Positions 32,310 through 34,274 of a DNA stretch of 34,274 nucleotides are shown one piece after another (position 1 is the first letter of the stretch; each line of letters starts with the position of its first letter). Under the pieces are notes generated by a model. The model saw nothing but the letters and a program-made list of their open reading frames with translations. It was not told where the DNA came from and made no database searches. The DNA comes from a virus. Taxonomy: Duplodnaviria; Heunggongvirae; Uroviricota; Caudoviricetes. The position numbers were made by a program, and so were the translations under genes. The DNA lies in the IMG/VR virus record IMGVR_UViG_2913167280_000006, positions 1-34,274 of that record; one strand, written 5' to 3'.

Positions 32310-32732
32310 ATGTTCCTGAAAACCGAATCATTTGAACATAACGGTGTGACCGTCACGCTTTCTGAACTGTCAGCCCTGCAGCGCATTGAGCATCTCGCCC
32401 TGATGAAACGGCAGGCAGAACAGGCGGAGTCAGACAGCAACCGGAAGTTTACTGTGGAAGACGCCATCAGAACCGGCGCGTTTCTGGTGGCGATGTCCCT
32501 GTGGCATAACCATCCGCAGAAGACGCAGATGCCGTCCATGAATGAAGCCGTTAAACAGATTGAGCAGGAAGTGCTTACCACCTGGCCCACGGAAGCAATT
32601 TCTCATGCTGAAAACGTGGTGTACCGGCTGTCTGGTATGTATGAGTTTGTGGTGAATAATGCCCCTGAACAGACAGAGGACGCCGGGCCCGCAGAGCCTG
32701 TTTCTGCGGGAAAGTGTTCGACGGTGAGCTGA
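32310..32732 (+). CDS. G: Tail assembly chaperone G
   Basis: 140-aa ORF MFLKTESFEHNGVTVTLSELSALQRIEHLALMKRQ...; slippery G GGA AAG near its 3' end. Confidence 0.85.
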   Translation: MFLKTESFEHNGVTVTLSELSALQRIEHLALMKRQAEQAESDSNRKFTVEDAIRTGAFLVAMSLWHNHPQKTQMPSMNEAVKQIEQEVLTTWPTEAISHAENVVYRLSGMYEFVVNNAPEQTEDAGPAEPVSAGKCSTVS

Positions 32733-33148
32733 GTTTTGCCCTGAAACTGGCGCGTGAGATGGGGCGGCCCGACTGGCGTGCCATGCTTGCCGGGATGTCA
32801 TCCACGGAGTATGCCGACTGGCACCGCTTTTACAGTACCCATTATTTTCATGATGTTCTGCTGGATATGCACTTTTCCGGGCTGACGTACACCGTGCTCA
32901 GCCTGTTTTTCAGCGATCCGGATATGCATCCGCTGGATTTCAGTCTGCTGAACCGGCGCGAGGCTGACGAAGAGCCTGAAGATGATGTGCTGATGCAGAA
33001 AGCGGCAGGGCTTGCCGGAGGTGTCCGCTTTGGCCCGGACGGGAATGAAGTTATCCCCGCTTCCCCGGATGTGGCGGACATGACGGAGGATGACGTAATG
33101 CTGATGACAGTATCAGAAGGGATCGCAGGAGGAGTCCGGTATGGCTGA
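32714..33148 (+). CDS. T: T portion of the G-T tail assembly chaperone, expressed by -1 programmed frameshift from G
   Basis: ORF in the -1 frame relative to G beginning at the slippery site (32708..32714) and ending by overlapping the H start. Confidence 0.75.
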   Translation: MFDGELSFALKLAREMGRPDWRAMLAGMSSTEYADWHRFYSTHYFHDVLLDMHFSGLTYTVLSLFFSDPDMHPLDFSLLNRREADEEPEDDVLMQKAAGLAGGVRFGPDGNEVIPASPDVADMTEDDVMLMTVSEGIAGGVRYG

Positions 33149-34274
33149 ACCGGTAGGCGATCTGGTCGTTGATTTGAGTCTGGATGCGGCCAGATTTGAC
33201 GAGCAGATGGCCAGAGTCAGGCGTCATTTTTCCGGTACGGAAAGTGATGCGAAAAAAACAGCGGCAGTCGTTGAACAGTCGCTGAGCCGACAGGCGCTGG
33301 CTGCACAGAAAGCGGGGATTTCCGTCGGGCAGTATAAAGCCGCCATGCGTATGCTGCCTGCACAGTTCACCGACGTGGCCACGCAGCTTGCAGGCGGGCA
33401 AAGTCCGTGGCTGATCCTGCTGCAACAGGGGGGGCAGGTGAAGGACTCCTTCGGCGGGATGATCCCCATGTTCAGGGGGCTTGCCGGTGCGATCACCCTG
33501 CCGATGGTGGGGGCCACCTCGCTGGCGGTGGCGACCGGTGCGCTGGCGTATGCTTGGTATCAGGGCAACTCAACCCTGTCCGATTTCAACAAAACGCTGG
33601 TCCTTTCCGGCAATCAGGCGGGACTGACGGCAGATCGTATGCTGGTCCTGTCCAGAGCCGGGCAGGCGGCAGGGCTGACGTTTAACCAGACCAGCGAGTC
33701 ACTCAGCGCACTGGTTAAGGCGGGGGTAAGCGGTGAGGCTCAGATTGCGTCCATCAGCCAGAGTGTGGCGCGTTTCTCCTCTGCATCCGGCGTGGAGGTG
33801 GACAAGGTCGCTGAAGCCTTCGGGAAGCTGACCACAGACCCGACGTCGGGGCTGACGGCGATGGCACGCCAGTTCCATAACGTGACGGCGGAGCAGATTG
33901 CGTATGTTGCTCAGTTGCAGCGTTCCGGCGATGAAGCCGGGGCATTGCAGGCGGCGAACGAGGCCGCAACGAAAGGGTTTGATGACCAGACCCGCCGCCT
34001 GAAAGAGAACATGGGCACGCTGGAGACTTGGGCAGACAGGACTGCGCGGGCATTCAAATCCATGTGGGATGCGGTGCTGGATATTGGTCGTCCTGATACC
34101 GCGCAGGAGATGCTGATTAAGGCAGAGGCTGCGTTTAAGAAAGCAGACGACATCTGGAATCTGCGCAAGGATGATTATTTTGTTAACGATGAAGCGCGGG
34201 CGCGTTACTGGGATGATCGTGAAAAGGCCCGTCTTGCGCTTGAAGCCGCCCGAAAGAAGGCTGAGCAGCTGTAG
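33141..34274 (+). CDS. H: Tail tape measure protein H (N-terminal 377 codons; window ends on an in-frame TAG)
   Basis: MAEPVGDLVVDLSLDAARFDEQMARVRRHF... lambda gpH-like; the frame ends KKAEQL then TAG at 34272..34274, far short of a full-length tape measure protein. Confidence 0.85.
   Translation: MAEPVGDLVVDLSLDAARFDEQMARVRRHFSGTESDAKKTAAVVEQSLSRQALAAQKAGISVGQYKAAMRMLPAQFTDVATQLAGGQSPWLILLQQGGQVKDSFGGMIPMFRGLAGAITLPMVGATSLAVATGALAYAWYQGNSTLSDFNKTLVLSGNQAGLTADRMLVLSRAGQAAGLTFNQTSESLSALVKAGVSGEAQIASISQSVARFSSASGVEVDKVAEAFGKLTTDPTSGLTAMARQFHNVTAEQIAYVAQLQRSGDEAGALQAANEAATKGFDDQTRRLKENMGTLETWADRTARAFKSMWDAVLDIGRPDTAQEMLIKAEAAFKKADDIWNLRKDDYFVNDEARARYWDDREKARLALEAARKKAEQL

Overview
The window holds the chromosomal proA gene and tRNA-Thr (thrW), followed by a mosaic lambdoid prophage integrated at the tRNA 3' end that runs to the window edge (right end and attR not in view). 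Modules, left to right: P22-type integrase and a Xis-like ORF; a leftward early operon (N with nutL, cIII-like, Kil-like, a single-strand annealing protein, an HNH endonuclease, SSB, several unknowns); an immunity region (S24-type cI, Cro, cII) with operators of the form TACCTnnAGGTA; P22-type replication genes (O-like initiator with iterons, DnaB-like helicase); a DLP12-type nin region (ybcN, ninE, ybcO, rusA, ylcG, Q-like); lysis genes (holin, R, Rz/Rz1) and bor; cos; and lambda-type head and tail genes Nu1 through H. The most interesting accessory content is two AT-rich paralogous genes of unknown function at separate loci (one flanked by ~57-bp inverted repeats), a DUF3800-like gene between Q and the holin, and a small membrane-protein gene translationally coupled to cI. 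Several early genes show possible lesions (Xis without a start codon, frameshifted annealing protein, SSB with a C-terminal extension, H ending at the window edge). All family assignments are from reading the translations against remembered sequences; no searches were run.
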